From: Blastocladiella emersonii ATCC 22665
Taxonomy: Eukaryota > Fungi > Blastocladiomycota
Direction of reading: 5' to 3'
DNA length: 64,000 nucleotides
Assembly: GCA_025594325.1 (NCBI GenBank)
Contig: JANHCV010000001.1
Location: 1,984,001 to 2,048,000, forward strand
Position numbers and translations under genes: made by a program. Below are positions 35,117 to 46,296 of this stretch, piece after piece. The stretch's first letter is position 1, and every line of letters starts with the position of its first letter. The notes beneath the pieces were generated by a model that was not told the DNA's origin, did no database searches, and saw only the letters and a list, made by a program, of their open reading frames with translations.

Positions 35117-38100
35117 CTAGTTCCCGGCCGCTCCAGGCCGCGAGCCACGCGACCCGCTCGCCGACGCACTCGCCCGCGTCGAATCTGCCGCCACGAGCGA
35201 GTACCGCACGCCCTTCCCGTCGCGCCGCTGCTGTTGCTGCTGCACCGGGGACGCCGATCGAGACCGGGACCGCGACCGCGACCGCGACCGCGACCGCGAC
35301 CGCGAGCGGGACCGCAGCTGCACGCGCGACCCCGGGTGCCGCGAGATGGGCAGCGTCACGCTCTGCGTCGTGACCCACTCGTCCTCGTCCCGCGTGGCGG
35401 CGCGCGGGCGGAACTCGTCGAAGGCGCTCCCGCCGGTACCCGACCGGGCGCGGGTCGCGGGCGCCGCCGGTTGGCTGGCGCGCGGCGGGCCGCCCATGTC
35501 GATGAACGTGTCCTGCTCCAGCTCCTCGAACGCGCGACGCACGTCCTCGGTCGCTGACCGGTACTGCGAGTCGAGCCGGCTCGCCGAGAACGACGGTGGG
35601 GCGCGGGCAGGTGGCGCCGCAGTCGTTGGAGCGCGCATGGACGAGCGCTGCGGCGTCTTGGCCGGCGTCGTGACAGAGTACGTGCCGTAGCCCGTAGCTG
35701 CACCGATACCAGTGGCCGATGGCGGCCGCGCGCTGCCCGCCGCAACCGGCGGCGAAAGCGGGAGATGCGACGCCGACGCCGTCGATGCGGCAAACACAGT
35801 GCCACGCGTCTGACCGTCAGCGCCCACGCGCATGCGGCGCAGCTCGTCGTCGCGGCGCGCCATGGCCTTGTTGACCGACTGGAACCGGAGATCGAGGATC
35901 TTGTACTCCTTCTGCGCCTCGATGAGCTGGTTGCGGTGCGAGTCGGCGGTGGCGATCGCGTCCTGGCACTCGCGCTCGAGCTCGGCGACCTGGCGGCGGA
36001 GCTCGTCGCACTCGTCGCGCAGGCCCTCGAGCTGCGTGGTGAGCGCGACGATACGCTGCTCGCGCTGCGCAGCGACCGCCTGGATCTCGTCGAACCGGCG
36101 CGCGTGGTCGGCGAGCGCGCGCTGCGCGTCGGCGCGGGTGCGGTCGACCTCGCGCGCGAGCTGGTCGCGCTCCGACTGCGCCGTGGCTTTGGCCGTCGCG
36201 AGGTCCGCCTTGAGGTTGGCCACCTTGTCGTGGAGCGAGGCCGCGAGGGCGTCGCCCTTGGCCACGGCGTCGCGCAGCTCGGCTTCGCTCGTGCGCAGCG
36301 TCTGCACCTCGAGCTCCGTGTCGACGAGCGACTCCTCGAGCGCCTGAATCTTGGACAGGTGCCGGTCGATCTCGTCCTGCAGCTGGTCGCGCTCGAGGTT
36401 CGCCGCGTGCGCCTCGGCGCCGACACGCTGCGTGGCCTCGGACACCTTGGACTTGGCGTCGGCGAGCTGCTGCTCGAGCCGGGTCGCGTGCGCGGCGCGC
36501 TCGGCGAGCGCGGCCTGCTTCTCCTTGAGCGCGGCCTTGAGCTCGACGACGGCGCGCCGCTCGCCGCCGAGCAGCTGCTCCGCGTCCTGCAGCATCTCCT
36601 CGAGCTTGCCGTTGGCGCGGCGCAGCGCCGTGTTCTCGGACCGCAGCTTGGCGCGGTCCGTCTCGGCCTCGTCCTTGCCGACGGCCGTGTCGTCGAGCTT
36701 GTTGTCGAGGTGCACGACGTGCTCGCTGAGCTCCTGGACGCGCGTCTGCGCCTCGCCGAGCTTGGCCTTGGCCTGGGCGTGCGTCGCGTGCAGGGCCTCG
36801 AGGTCGCCGGCGAGCTTGCGCTCGCGGGCCTCGAGCGCCGCGTTCTCCTGCATGAGCGTGGCCTGGCGGTCGAGCAGCTGCTCGACCTCGTGCTTGGCCT
36901 TGACCTCGCGGGTGCGCGCGTCCTCGAGCTCGATAGCGCGCGCCGTGTCGCGGTTGCGCGCGAGGTCGAGCTCGTGGAGCAGCTTGCGGTGCTGGAGCCC
37001 CGCCGCGTCGAGGTCGTGCTGGGCCTTGCGCGAGATGGCCTGGGCCTTGTCGAGCTCGTCCGACAGGGATTTCTCCTTGGACTCGAGCAGGTGCACGTCG
37101 CGCTGCAGCGTGTCGACCTGGGCGCGCAGCGGGGCGAGCGAGTCGACCTCGGTCTGCTTCCGGGACGCGGCGGCGCGCGCCGTGGCGAGGTCCTCGTCGC
37201 GCTGCGCCACGGCGTGCTCGAGCTCGAGCACGCGCACCTCGAGTTTCATACGCTGCTCCTTCTCGGCGAGCCAGTCCGCGTCCTTGTCCTTGAACATGCG
37301 CATGTACTTTTTCAGCTCCTGCTCGCGGTGCACGACGCGCTCCTGCAGGGCCTTGCGCTGCGACGCGGCCTCGAGCAGGGCCTTCTCCTGCTTGCCGACG
37401 CGGCCCTCGGCCGTCTGCAGCAGGGCCTGGAGCTTGGCGACCTGGGTGTCGAGGCGCTCGGCACGCGCGGACCAGGTGAGCACGTCGTTGGAGTGTTTCG
37501 AGGTCGAGGCGCTCAGCTTGCGGGTCAGGGCGGTGCACTCGTCCGACTTGTCCTGGACCTGGCGCTGCAGCGCCTTGACGTCGGCCTCGCGGGCAAAGTG
37601 CAGGTCCTTGATCTTGGACTCGTAGGCGCGGCGCACCGAGTCGAGCTCGTTGAGCAGCGCCTGGTGGTCCGTCTCGAGCTGCAGGTTCTTGGTGCGCTCC
37701 TCCTCGAGCATGAGCAGCAGCGAGCGCGGCGTCTCATAGTACTAGTTGTGCGGCGGGGTGAGTGGTGGGCGCATCGATTGCAGGTGCGAGAAGCGTACCT
37801 TGCTCCGAGACGTCTTCTCGGCCTCAAGCGTCTTGTTCCACGCATCGAGCGGCCCCGCATTCTTGCGCGCCTTCTCGCGGGCCGATGCGACGGCGCGGGA
37901 CAGCGCGCGGTCGCGCTGGTCCGCGTCGGCGGCGGTGATGCGGTCGCGCATGGCGCGCTGGCGTTCCTGCTCCTCGCGTCGGGCGCGGGTGCGCGCCTGG
38001 TACTCGGCCTCGAGCTGGGCGAGCTCGCGGTGGTTCTCCTCGGCGAGGCGTTTCGCCTCAATCTCGGCGTCCTCGGCCTCCTGCGCGGCGCGCTCCTTGC

Positions 38101-38386
38101 GGTCGCGGACGCTGTCGAGACGGAACTGCGGCGGGGCCTGCGGCGCGAGCGTGTACAGGATCGGCCGGCGGTGTTTTGATGGGGAGACGGTCAGGAGGGT
38201 CTCCTTGGGCAGTCGCTACATGAAGTCGCATGTTAGCGATGGCTTGGTGACCGGCGTTAATAGAAAACGAACGGCGGGAGCGTTGCGCTGGTCCTCCAAA
38301 GTCGGCGGGTCGGGTTTGGGGAGTCGGGGTCCGAGTCGCAGGGTAGGGAATGCCGGCGGGTTGCGGCGCGGTGCGCTACGCTGCAT
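35117..38386 (-). CDS. Large coiled-coil protein (about 1050 aa), family not recognised
   Basis: Exon 1 MQRSAPRRNPPAF...QRNAPA (GTTCGT donor, GCTAAC branch, TAG acceptor), exon 2 RLPKETLL...KTSRSK, exon 3 YYETPRSLLLMLEEERTK... with heptad-rich sequence, then an RS-rich tail. Confidence 0.8.
35268..35303. repeat. (GACCGC)x6 hexamer repeat encoding an Arg-Ser tract on the minus strand
   Basis: Read directly from the sequence; lies in the 3' part of the coiled-coil gene. Confidence 0.9.
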
Positions 38387-38820
38387 GGGATGGGGAGGCC
38401 AGGGCGCGCGGGTCTCGATGCATCCAGTCGGTGTCTCGCGCGAGTCGTTTGAAAATCGGCGCGGTGATGGAGGTGGTCGCCAAAGACGACGCGCGGCAGC
38501 GACGGGAGACGCGTCGAGACGCGCGAGACAGGTGGCGCGTGATCGGCCCCCGCCTGGCGACGCGCCACGCCGCCGTCACCTGACTTCAAGTCGCACTTTC
38601 CACCTCGCGCCCCCCGCCCGCCGCCGTCGCCGTCGCCCCCGCGGTCCATGGCCGCCACCACGCGGTGAGATCGTGACGCCGGCCGCGCTGATCGCACGCA
38701 TCACACACTACCACGCAACGCATCGACAACCCGCCCTCGCCCGCCCCGCCCACCCGCTCGCTTCACGCATCGACCATCGCCGCCTGAGATCCGCGTCCGT
38801 AGCAGCAGCAGTCCACCACC

Positions 38821-41750
38821 ATGGTCAAGGCCTACCTGCGCTACGCCCCCGGCAACGTCTTTGGCGTGATCGCCTCGACGACCGCCAACATCGCGTCCGA
38901 CGCCACGGGCCGCCTCGCCGTGTCGCCCGCGCTGCAGTCGGTCGTCGTGTGGGACACTAAGAAGGCCGAGTCTGTGACCGTGTGGCACGAGGAGGGCAAC
39001 ACGGCCGAGGTCTCGTGCATTGCCCGCGCCCCCGATGGCACTACCTACGCCGCTGGGTACGCGCACCTCGCCCGCGATGATCGCGCGTAGCCCGACCCCG
39101 TCTAACGCCCAACCCGCCGCCGCGTAGCTACACCGACGGCACCATCCGCGTCTGGTCGCTGACCGCCGGCACCACGCCGCTGCACTGGTTCCAGGGCCAC
39201 CAGTCGGCCGTCACCGCCCTCACCTTTGACCCGCAGGGCACCACGCTCGCGTCGGGCTCGCAGGACACCAACATTGTGCTGTGGGACCTGGTCGCCGGCG
39301 CCGGTAAGGTCCGCCTGACCGGCCACAAGGACCAGATCACGTCGCTCGTGTTCGTGCCCTCGGGCAGCGCGCTGCGCACCGCCGCCGAGCAGGAGGACAT
39401 GGCCGCGGGTGCTGAGCCGAAGCAGCAGCAGAAGGTCACGGACCGGAAGCTGCACCGCCTGCTCAAGTCGCTCCCCGCCGCGCACATCCTGTCCGCGTCC
39501 AAGGACACGACCATCAAGGCGTGGGACCTGACCACCAACGCGTGCGTCGAGACGGTCGTCACCCACCGCTCCGAGGTCTGGGACATGGCCCTCACCCACA
39601 TGTGGCAGGACGCCCCTGAGGTCCTGACCCTCGTCTCGGCCGGCGACGAGCTCAAGGTCCACAAGGTCAACGCCGACCACCTCGACCAGATCCTCGCCAC
39701 CGCCGCTTCCGCCTCGTCGTCCGCTGCTGCTGTGCCACCACCACCAACAGGTGACGCCGTCATCGCCGAGGCCGACGAGCCCCTGCGCGCCATCGTGCAC
39801 GCCGGCGACCTCAAGAAGGTCTCGTCGCAGCGCAGCGTGTCGCTCAAGCTGTCGCCGTGCCACACCTTCGTCATCGCCGCCTGCGTCGACACCCAGATCC
39901 AGGTGCTGCGCGTCCTCTCGCCCGAGGAGGCCAAGAGCAAGCTCACGCGCCGCCGCAAGCGCCTGCAGGACCGCGCGGCCAAGGCGCGCGCCGAGGGCAA
40001 GGAGCCGACGGCCGAGGAGCTCGGCGAGCCCGTGCTGGCCATTGGCGACCTGATCAGCCCGCTGTTCGTGGCGCTCGCCGACGCCAAGGTGCGCAGCGTC
40101 GACGTGTGCCCGTCGCTGCCCGCGCCCCGCAACACGCCCGCCAAGGCCGACGCGGCCACGTCCCCGCCCATCTTCACCTTCCTCGCGTCGCTCGCCAACA
40201 ACTCGATCAACGCGTACGCCGTGACCAAGGACGAGGTGCAGGTCCTCAGCACCGTCGACATGCACGGCCACCGCGGCGATATCCGCGCGCTCGCCCTCAG
40301 CCAGGACGACGAGCTGCTCGCCTCGGCCGGCACCAACCTCGTCAAGGTGTGGAACGTGCGCAACGCCAAGTGCATCCGCACCATGGACGCCGGGTACGCG
40401 CTGTCCGTGGCGTTTGTGCCCGGCGGCAAGTACCTGCTGGTCGGCACCAAGAGCGGCGAGCTGCAGATCTTCTCGCTCGCGTCGTCGGCGCTCGTCGAGT
40501 CCATCAAGGCCCACGACAGCGCCATCTGGAGCATCGCGCTGTGTCCCGACAAGACCGGGTTCGTGACGGGGTCGGCCGACCACCAGGTCAAGTTCTGGGA
40601 CTTTGCGCTCGTCCGCGAGGAGGCCAACCGGCTCACGGCCATCCACACGCGCACGCTCAAGCTGTCGGACGAGGTGCTCGCCGTGGCCATCTCGCCCAAC
40701 CAGAAGGTGGTGGCCGTGTCGCTGCTCGACGCCACGGTCAAGGTCTTCTACTACGACTCGCTCAAGTTCTCGCTGTCGCTGTACGGCCACAAGCTGCCCG
40801 TGCTGTGCATGGACATTTCGTCCGACAACACGCTGATCCTGACGGGGTCCGCCGACAAGAACATCAAGGTGTGGGGGCTCGACTTTGGCGACTGCCACCG
40901 GTCCCTGTTCGCGCACGGCGACGCCATCATGCAGGCCAAGTTCGTGTGGGGCACCCACTACGCCTTCACGTGCTCCAAGGACAAGACCATCAAGTACTGG
41001 GACCTCGACAAGTACGAGAACATCTCGACGCTGGCGGGCCACACGTCCGAGGTGTGGGCGCTCGCCATTGGCAAGTTCGGCAACTTTGTCGCGTCCGCGT
41101 CGCACGACCGCAGCATCCGCATGTGGGAGAAGACGGACGAGCAGCTGTTCCTCGAGGAGGAGCGCGAGCGCGAGATGGACGCGGCCGCCGACGCCGCCAT
41201 GGTCGAGGCCGCCAACGAGGCCGGTGCTGACGCCAACGGCGTCGCCCTGTCCAGCGCCGACTCGCTCAAGGCCGGCGAGCGCATCATCGAGGCGCTGCAG
41301 CTGTGCCTCGACGAGCGCGACAAGGCCGCGGCGCACGCCAAGTCGGGCCAGCCCGCGTCGGCACTCCCCGTCAACCCGATGCTCCTCGCGACCAACTGCG
41401 CCGACCCCGAGTCGTACGTGCTGCGGTCCCTCGAGCGCGTGCGGTCGGCCGACCTCGAGGCCGCGCTGCTCGTGATCCCCTTCTCGTACATCCCGCTGCT
41501 CCTCGAGCTCGCCGACCTGTGGGCTGAGCGCGAGTGGAACCTCGCCGTGACGTGCCGCGTGCTCTTCTTCCTGCTCAAGGTCCACCACAACCAGATCGTC
41601 GCCTCCCGCGCGCTCCGCCCGCGCCTCGTCAGCTTGCAGCACCACGTCCGCGCCGCCGTCGAGCGCCAGCGCGATATCATCGGGTGCAACATGGCCGCGT
41701 TCCGCTACCTCAAGCGCGAAAAGGAGTTCCTCTCGTCGTCGTCGTTCTAG
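38821..41750 (+). CDS. UTP12: U3 snoRNP WD-repeat protein Utp12/Dip2 (WDR3)
   Basis: MVKAYLRYAPGNVFGVIAS, intron near 39057-39127, many WD40 repeats (LYGHKLPVLCMDISSDNTLILTGSADKNIKVWGLDFGDCHRSLFAH) and a C-terminal Utp12 domain (DLEAALLVIPF). Confidence 0.96.
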
Positions 41751-41835
41751 AGCCCGGCCGGGGTTTGTTTGTCGTCAGAGCATGTATACACCTAGTCCAC
41801 CTTGTTCATCCATTTCTTCCTCTCTTCTGCGTGTC

Positions 41836-43281
41836 TCACGACAGTGCCGCCGCCTTGGGCGCCGCGGCCGCCCGCCGCTTGTCCTCCTGCCACGCCGCGA
41901 GGTCGCTCACGTCTTGGACCAGGTCCGGGTCGTCGACCCACACCGTGAACTGGATCCACGCCTTGGCCTCGGCCGGGATCTCGGTTCCGCGCTTGGCCGC
42001 CGTCTCCATCTCAATGCCGTAGTCGTTACTACATGACAGCCGTGCGTGAGCGTGGCCCGTGGACGGCAAAGACCGCGAGAAGGCGCACCGGTACGTGACC
42101 CGCGGGTCGACCATGAGGAAGTTGCTCGAAATGCAGTGGTTCAGCACCACCGTGTGGCCGGGCTCGACGGGGAGACCTTCGCGCTCCATGACCATGTCGC
42201 GGTTCACGGTCACAAATTGCCTAGCGCAGCGACGACGAGTGGAGTGAGATGGTGGCCACGATGGCGACCATGGCCAAGGACGCGTACCAGATGCTCCCCG
42301 CCGCCTTGAACGGGTACAGCATCGCGGGCGCGTGCTTGCCGTATTTGGAGAAGGTGTAGGACGACTTGTGCGCCGAGTGCAGGTACAACTGAGTGAGGGG
42401 CCATCGTTAGCTGAGGTGTGCGTAAGCGAGCGCAACATGGGATACGCACCGACTTGCCAGGAAGAATCGCCACGGCCTTGATGTGCAGCTTGTCGCCGTA
42501 CCGGACCGGCGATCCCGGTCTCGCCGGCTCCTTCTCGCCGTCCCACGTCTCGGCGCGCTCGAGAACAAACACGTTGCGGCGGACCGGGTCGACGTGGCGG
42601 TGCGTACATGCGAGCGGGACGGCGTCGGGTGCTTCTTCGCCCGTGGCGAGACCGGCGACGCGCTGGTGCGGGAGCAGAGTGGCGAGCGGACTCGCGGCGC
42701 GACCATCGGACCCGTCCTGCGGGCCAGTCAGGTCGGCGAGCGACGCGCCCGACGCGTCGACGGCGAGCATCCCGAGCGTGAACAGGTTCTGCAACATGAT
42801 CGGCGCTCCGTACACGATGCGAGGTGACAGGGCGACCTACCCGCGCACGAGTTTGGTTAGCATCGCCTCGAACGGAAGCACACGAAGAACGCACCGGCTG
42901 CTCGGCCTGCGCGACTCGCGCCGCGACCCGCGTACTCCCGAGCTCGCCCGAAGCCTGCTTGCGGAGGAGCTCCTGGACGCGGTCTCCCTTTCCGAGCCCG
43001 TCCTCGCGCCAGTTGGCGACGCGCACGCCCGGGTGCACAAAGACCTGCGCGCCGACCGCGTGCGTCAAGCACTGGTTGCGGTTGGCGAGCTTGGAGTGGG
43101 GCTTGATCGCGCCGCGCTGCGTCGACGAGACCTGCTTGCCGGTCGACGGCGTTGGGTGCTCGGTCAGGATCGGCTTGTCGACGAGCCCTGCGCTGCCCGT
43201 GTACCGCGCGAGCCGCGGGCGAGTCACGGCGTGCGGGCCGAGCGGCTGGCGCGGCGGGAGCGAGGTCGTGGATGATTGCAT
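41836..43281 (-). CDS. CFAP161: Cilia- and flagella-associated protein 161 (C15orf26 homolog)
   Basis: PGVRVANWRED, VRYGDKLHI, LYLHSAHKS, W|QFVTVNRDMVMEREGLPV, VVLNHCISSNFL and NDYGIE segments match CFAP161 in order; about 4 introns (e.g. 42221-42287). Confidence 0.8.
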   Translation of the reverse strand: MQSSTTSLPPRQPLGPHAVTRPRLARYTGSAGLVDKPILTEHPTPSTGKQVSSTQRGAIKPHSKLANRNQCLTHAVGAQVFVHPGVRVANWREDGLGKGDRVQELLRKQASGELGSTRVAARVAQAEQPVRSSCASVRGDANQTRARVGRPVTSHRVRSADHVAEPVHARDARRRRVGRVARRPDWPAGRVRWSRRESARHSAPAPARRRSRHGRRSTRRRPARMYAPPRRPGPPQRVCSRARRDVGRREGAGETGIAGPVRRQAAHQGRGDSSWQVGAYPMLRSLTHTSANDGPSLSCTCTRRTSRPTPSPNTASTRPRCCTRSRRRGASGTRPWPWSPSWPPSHSTRRRCARQFVTVNRDMVMEREGLPVEPGHTVVLNHCISSNFLMVDPRVTYRCAFSRSLPSTGHAHARLSCSNDYGIEMETAAKRGTEIPAEAKAWIQFTVWVDDPDLVQDVSDLAAWQEDKRRAAAAPKAAALS

Positions 43282-43868
43282 TGTTTTCTTCTGGATGTGG
43301 CCTTTGGAGAGCTGAAGGCGAGCGAGTGGCAGACGAGAGTGGAAGTGACGCGTTGAGCGACGATTTGTCTCACGCGTCAAGAAATCACCTGATACGCGGG
43401 AGACAGTTTTCTAGACGCGTCGCGACGCTCGGCTCGTCAGCGTTCACCTCGCAGCAGAGCTCGGGAACAAGGAGTTCCACGACCAACGAAGCCATCAGGT
43501 CATCTGCAAGCAAAATGTCGCATCCGAGCGTGTACAGGCCGGCGCGAACGATCACGTCGTGGACAGCTCAGATCCTGTCAATCAGCGTGGCCGGAACCTT
43601 AGCCTCGTCGACTTTGGAGTGAAGCCGGCCGAACACGGAGGCGATGCGAGCTGACCGTATCGAAGAAGATGCTGGTCGATCAGGGTTCGGGTGGCAGCTG
43701 GTTGACAGAAAGGCGCGCTTGATGACCATGGCCATGGTCACGGACGAGCTGACCGTGTGCCGTTCAAGCATCACATGGGGTTCGCTTTCTTCGCTGACGG
43801 ACTGTTGATCAAGCAAGCACATGATATAATATTGAGCAAAATGGTTAAGAGGGTTGGAGGGGAATCAT

Positions 43869-46043
43869 TCACGCCCTCGCTCCGCCGCCAGTGACGCGGC
43901 CACCGCTGCCCGGCTTGGCCCCGGGCCCGATCCCGTTGAGCGTTGACACGACGAACCACAAGGCGTCGCGCGACGTCCAGTAGTCAAAGTGCGCGCGCAG
44001 GCCACCGAAATACTCGGCCGCGACGTCGACGTGCGCCGTGACGCGGCTGCGCGCGACCACGTTAGGCAGCACGTAGTCGATGCGCCACTCGCCGGGCAGC
44101 GTGTTGAGGGGCAGCGGCGAGCGTGGCTCGGGGATCGGTGCGGGCGACGCAGGCTCGAGGGTTGGTGGCAGGTCGATGGTAGTCCCGTCGTCGCGGCGAG
44201 GTTGTGCGGGCGAGGTCGCGGGCCGCCGTCTCGACCTCGAGCGGCGACGACTCGAGCGTGGTCGTGACGACGACCGGCGAGACTTCTCGAGCGATTCGGT
44301 CACGGCCTCGACTTCCTCGAGCGCCGCAGCCGCAGCGGCAGCGGCTGTCGTGTCCTTGGTCGGCGAACCGGCCGCGCTGCTGCCCATGAACATGCCCCAC
44401 AGCGTCGCGGCGGTGGTCATGATGGGGTCGGCGCTGCCGAGGAGCGAGGGCCGCGGCGAGAGCGGCTCGACGACACGGCGGCGCTTCCTTGGCCGCTCGC
44501 CCTGCTCGTCGTCGTCGTCGGAAGGGTCCGAGTCGCTCAAGTCGGGGTGCTCCTCGCGCTGCCGGCGGCGGTGGCGCACCTTGACCCAGTCGTCCCCGTC
44601 GTCGCTCAATGGGCTGGCGGACTTCTGGTCGAGGTCCATTGAGGCGGCAACAGCGACGCTCTCCTCGTCATCGTCCTCGTCGTCCTCGGCGGGGGTCCCG
44701 CACCCCTCGGGGCTCGCCTCGTTGTCGGACGCGTACCCGTCATCCTCGCCGTCCTCGTCGCTCCCACCGCCGGGGTGGTGCGCGTCCTCGAAGCGGCCCG
44801 ACCCGACGGCAAGCACGCTGGCGGCAAACGAGCGCACGCTCTGGGTGACGATGGTCGGGAGGAGCGGCGGCAGGCCGGGCATGGCGGGCATGGCGATGGT
44901 GGGCACGCGCGCGGCAATCGATCCCAGCAGCCGGACGTGCAGCGCGTCGCCGCCCGGCGCGCTCCCATCCGTGTAGAGCGGGACGGGGACGGGCGGATGG
45001 TCGGCCCAGCGCGCGTCGAACAGAGGCTCGTAGCGGTACGCGATCGGGTCGAGCGGGTGGTACACGTTGAAGAACTGGGCGCGCGGCGCGTACGCGTCGG
45101 GATCGTGGCCGCGCAGGACCAGCGCGTTGCTGATCGGGCTGCCCATGCAGAAGACGCGCGAGATGGGCACGTCGACGGGCTCGGTCGCGGGCGGGATCCC
45201 CGGCGCGGGCGTCGCGTTCATCAGGTCCCACATGACGAGGCCGCCCATCGAGTGCGCGAACACAGCGACCTGCCCGTCAAAGTCCGGGAACCGCGCGAGC
45301 AGGGCGCGGTACCCGGCGTTGAGCTGGCGCGCGACCGTGGTGCGGATGAACTGGCCGTTGTGCGCGGTGAAGTAGTAGAGCGGGTCGACGGCAAACTCGT
45401 TGACGACGGTGCGCAGCGCCGCGCACGTCGACAGCCGGATCGCGTCGACGCGCGCGCGGCTCGCGTCGTGCACCGCCGTGTGGTACTCGACGGGCTGCAG
45501 GTGGATCCGCCGGCACGTCTCGAGGCGCGGGTCACCCGCAACCGACGCGAGCGTCGCCCGCACGCGGTCCACGTTGCGCGGCAGCCAGTCCTGCCGCCCC
45601 ATGCCGTGCACGATGAAGACCAGCGCGTCGGGCTTCTCGCGCGGCGCCGGGTACGTGTACGCGTCGGCCGGCGACGTGGCGCGCGCGTGGTTTGGCGGAC
45701 GCTGGTGCCGCGGCGCGTGGTGGTGGTGCCCGCGGTGGTGATGATGTTGGTGGTGGTGATGGGCGTGGTGGCCAGGGCGCGGGCTCGGGCCGCCGACCAC
45801 GTCCCAGTCGTCCTCGTCCGCGTCCGCAGCGACGGGCGGCGAGATCCACGACGGAAGCGGGTTTACGGAGATGCTGGGCGCGGGCAGGCGTGGCCGATCG
45901 GGGTCCACGGTGCTCGGGGTCGCATCGGTGGTGGGAGGAGGGGCGGGCGCGAGGGACGGCGCGTCGTCGGCCGCGGTGCCGGTCCCGGCCTGCAGGAGCG
46001 GCAGCACGAGCGGGTCGTCGATGCCGAGGATCGGTTTGATCAT
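43869..46043 (-). CDS. DDHD-domain phospholipase A1 (Ddl1/PA-PLA1-like)
   Basis: LVFIVHGMG, lipase elbow AHSMG, FCMGSPI, FFNVYHPLDPIAYRYEPL and C-terminal RIDYVL...AHFDYW. Start set at MIKPILG (46043). Confidence 0.88.
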   Translation of the reverse strand: MIKPILGIDDPLVLPLLQAGTGTAADDAPSLAPAPPPTTDATPSTVDPDRPRLPAPSISVNPLPSWISPPVAADADEDDWDVVGGPSPRPGHHAHHHHQHHHHRGHHHHAPRHQRPPNHARATSPADAYTYPAPREKPDALVFIVHGMGRQDWLPRNVDRVRATLASVAGDPRLETCRRIHLQPVEYHTAVHDASRARVDAIRLSTCAALRTVVNEFAVDPLYYFTAHNGQFIRTTVARQLNAGYRALLARFPDFDGQVAVFAHSMGGLVMWDLMNATPAPGIPPATEPVDVPISRVFCMGSPISNALVLRGHDPDAYAPRAQFFNVYHPLDPIAYRYEPLFDARWADHPPVPVPLYTDGSAPGGDALHVRLLGSIAARVPTIAMPAMPGLPPLLPTIVTQSVRSFAASVLAVGSGRFEDAHHPGGGSDEDGEDDGYASDNEASPEGCGTPAEDDEDDDEESVAVAASMDLDQKSASPLSDDGDDWVKVRHRRRQREEHPDLSDSDPSDDDDEQGERPRKRRRVVEPLSPRPSLLGSADPIMTTAATLWGMFMGSSAAGSPTKDTTAAAAAAAALEEVEAVTESLEKSRRSSSRPRSSRRRSRSRRRPATSPAQPRRDDGTTIDLPPTLEPASPAPIPEPRSPLPLNTLPGEWRIDYVLPNVVARSRVTAHVDVAAEYFGGLRAHFDYWTSRDALWFVVSTLNGIGPGAKPGSGGRVTGGGARA

Positions 46044-46296
46044 TGCAGTGTTTCCATGAGCGAGGGAGGGTGATGGAGAGGAGAGGAGGGGAGGGGAGAC
46101 GAAGCGCGCCAAGGCATCGCTCGCGAACCGAAGGGACGTTGGCTGTTCGCTGACGTGCAGCGGCCGCCGCCACTCCTTGACGTCACCAGCACGCTCGGTG
46201 CCGCGTGAAAAAAGAGGGAGGGTGACGGTGTCGGTGTAGCTGACGGTGTATAGCAGGTGGTAAATAGTAGAGAATATGGTGGGTGGGGAGACAATA

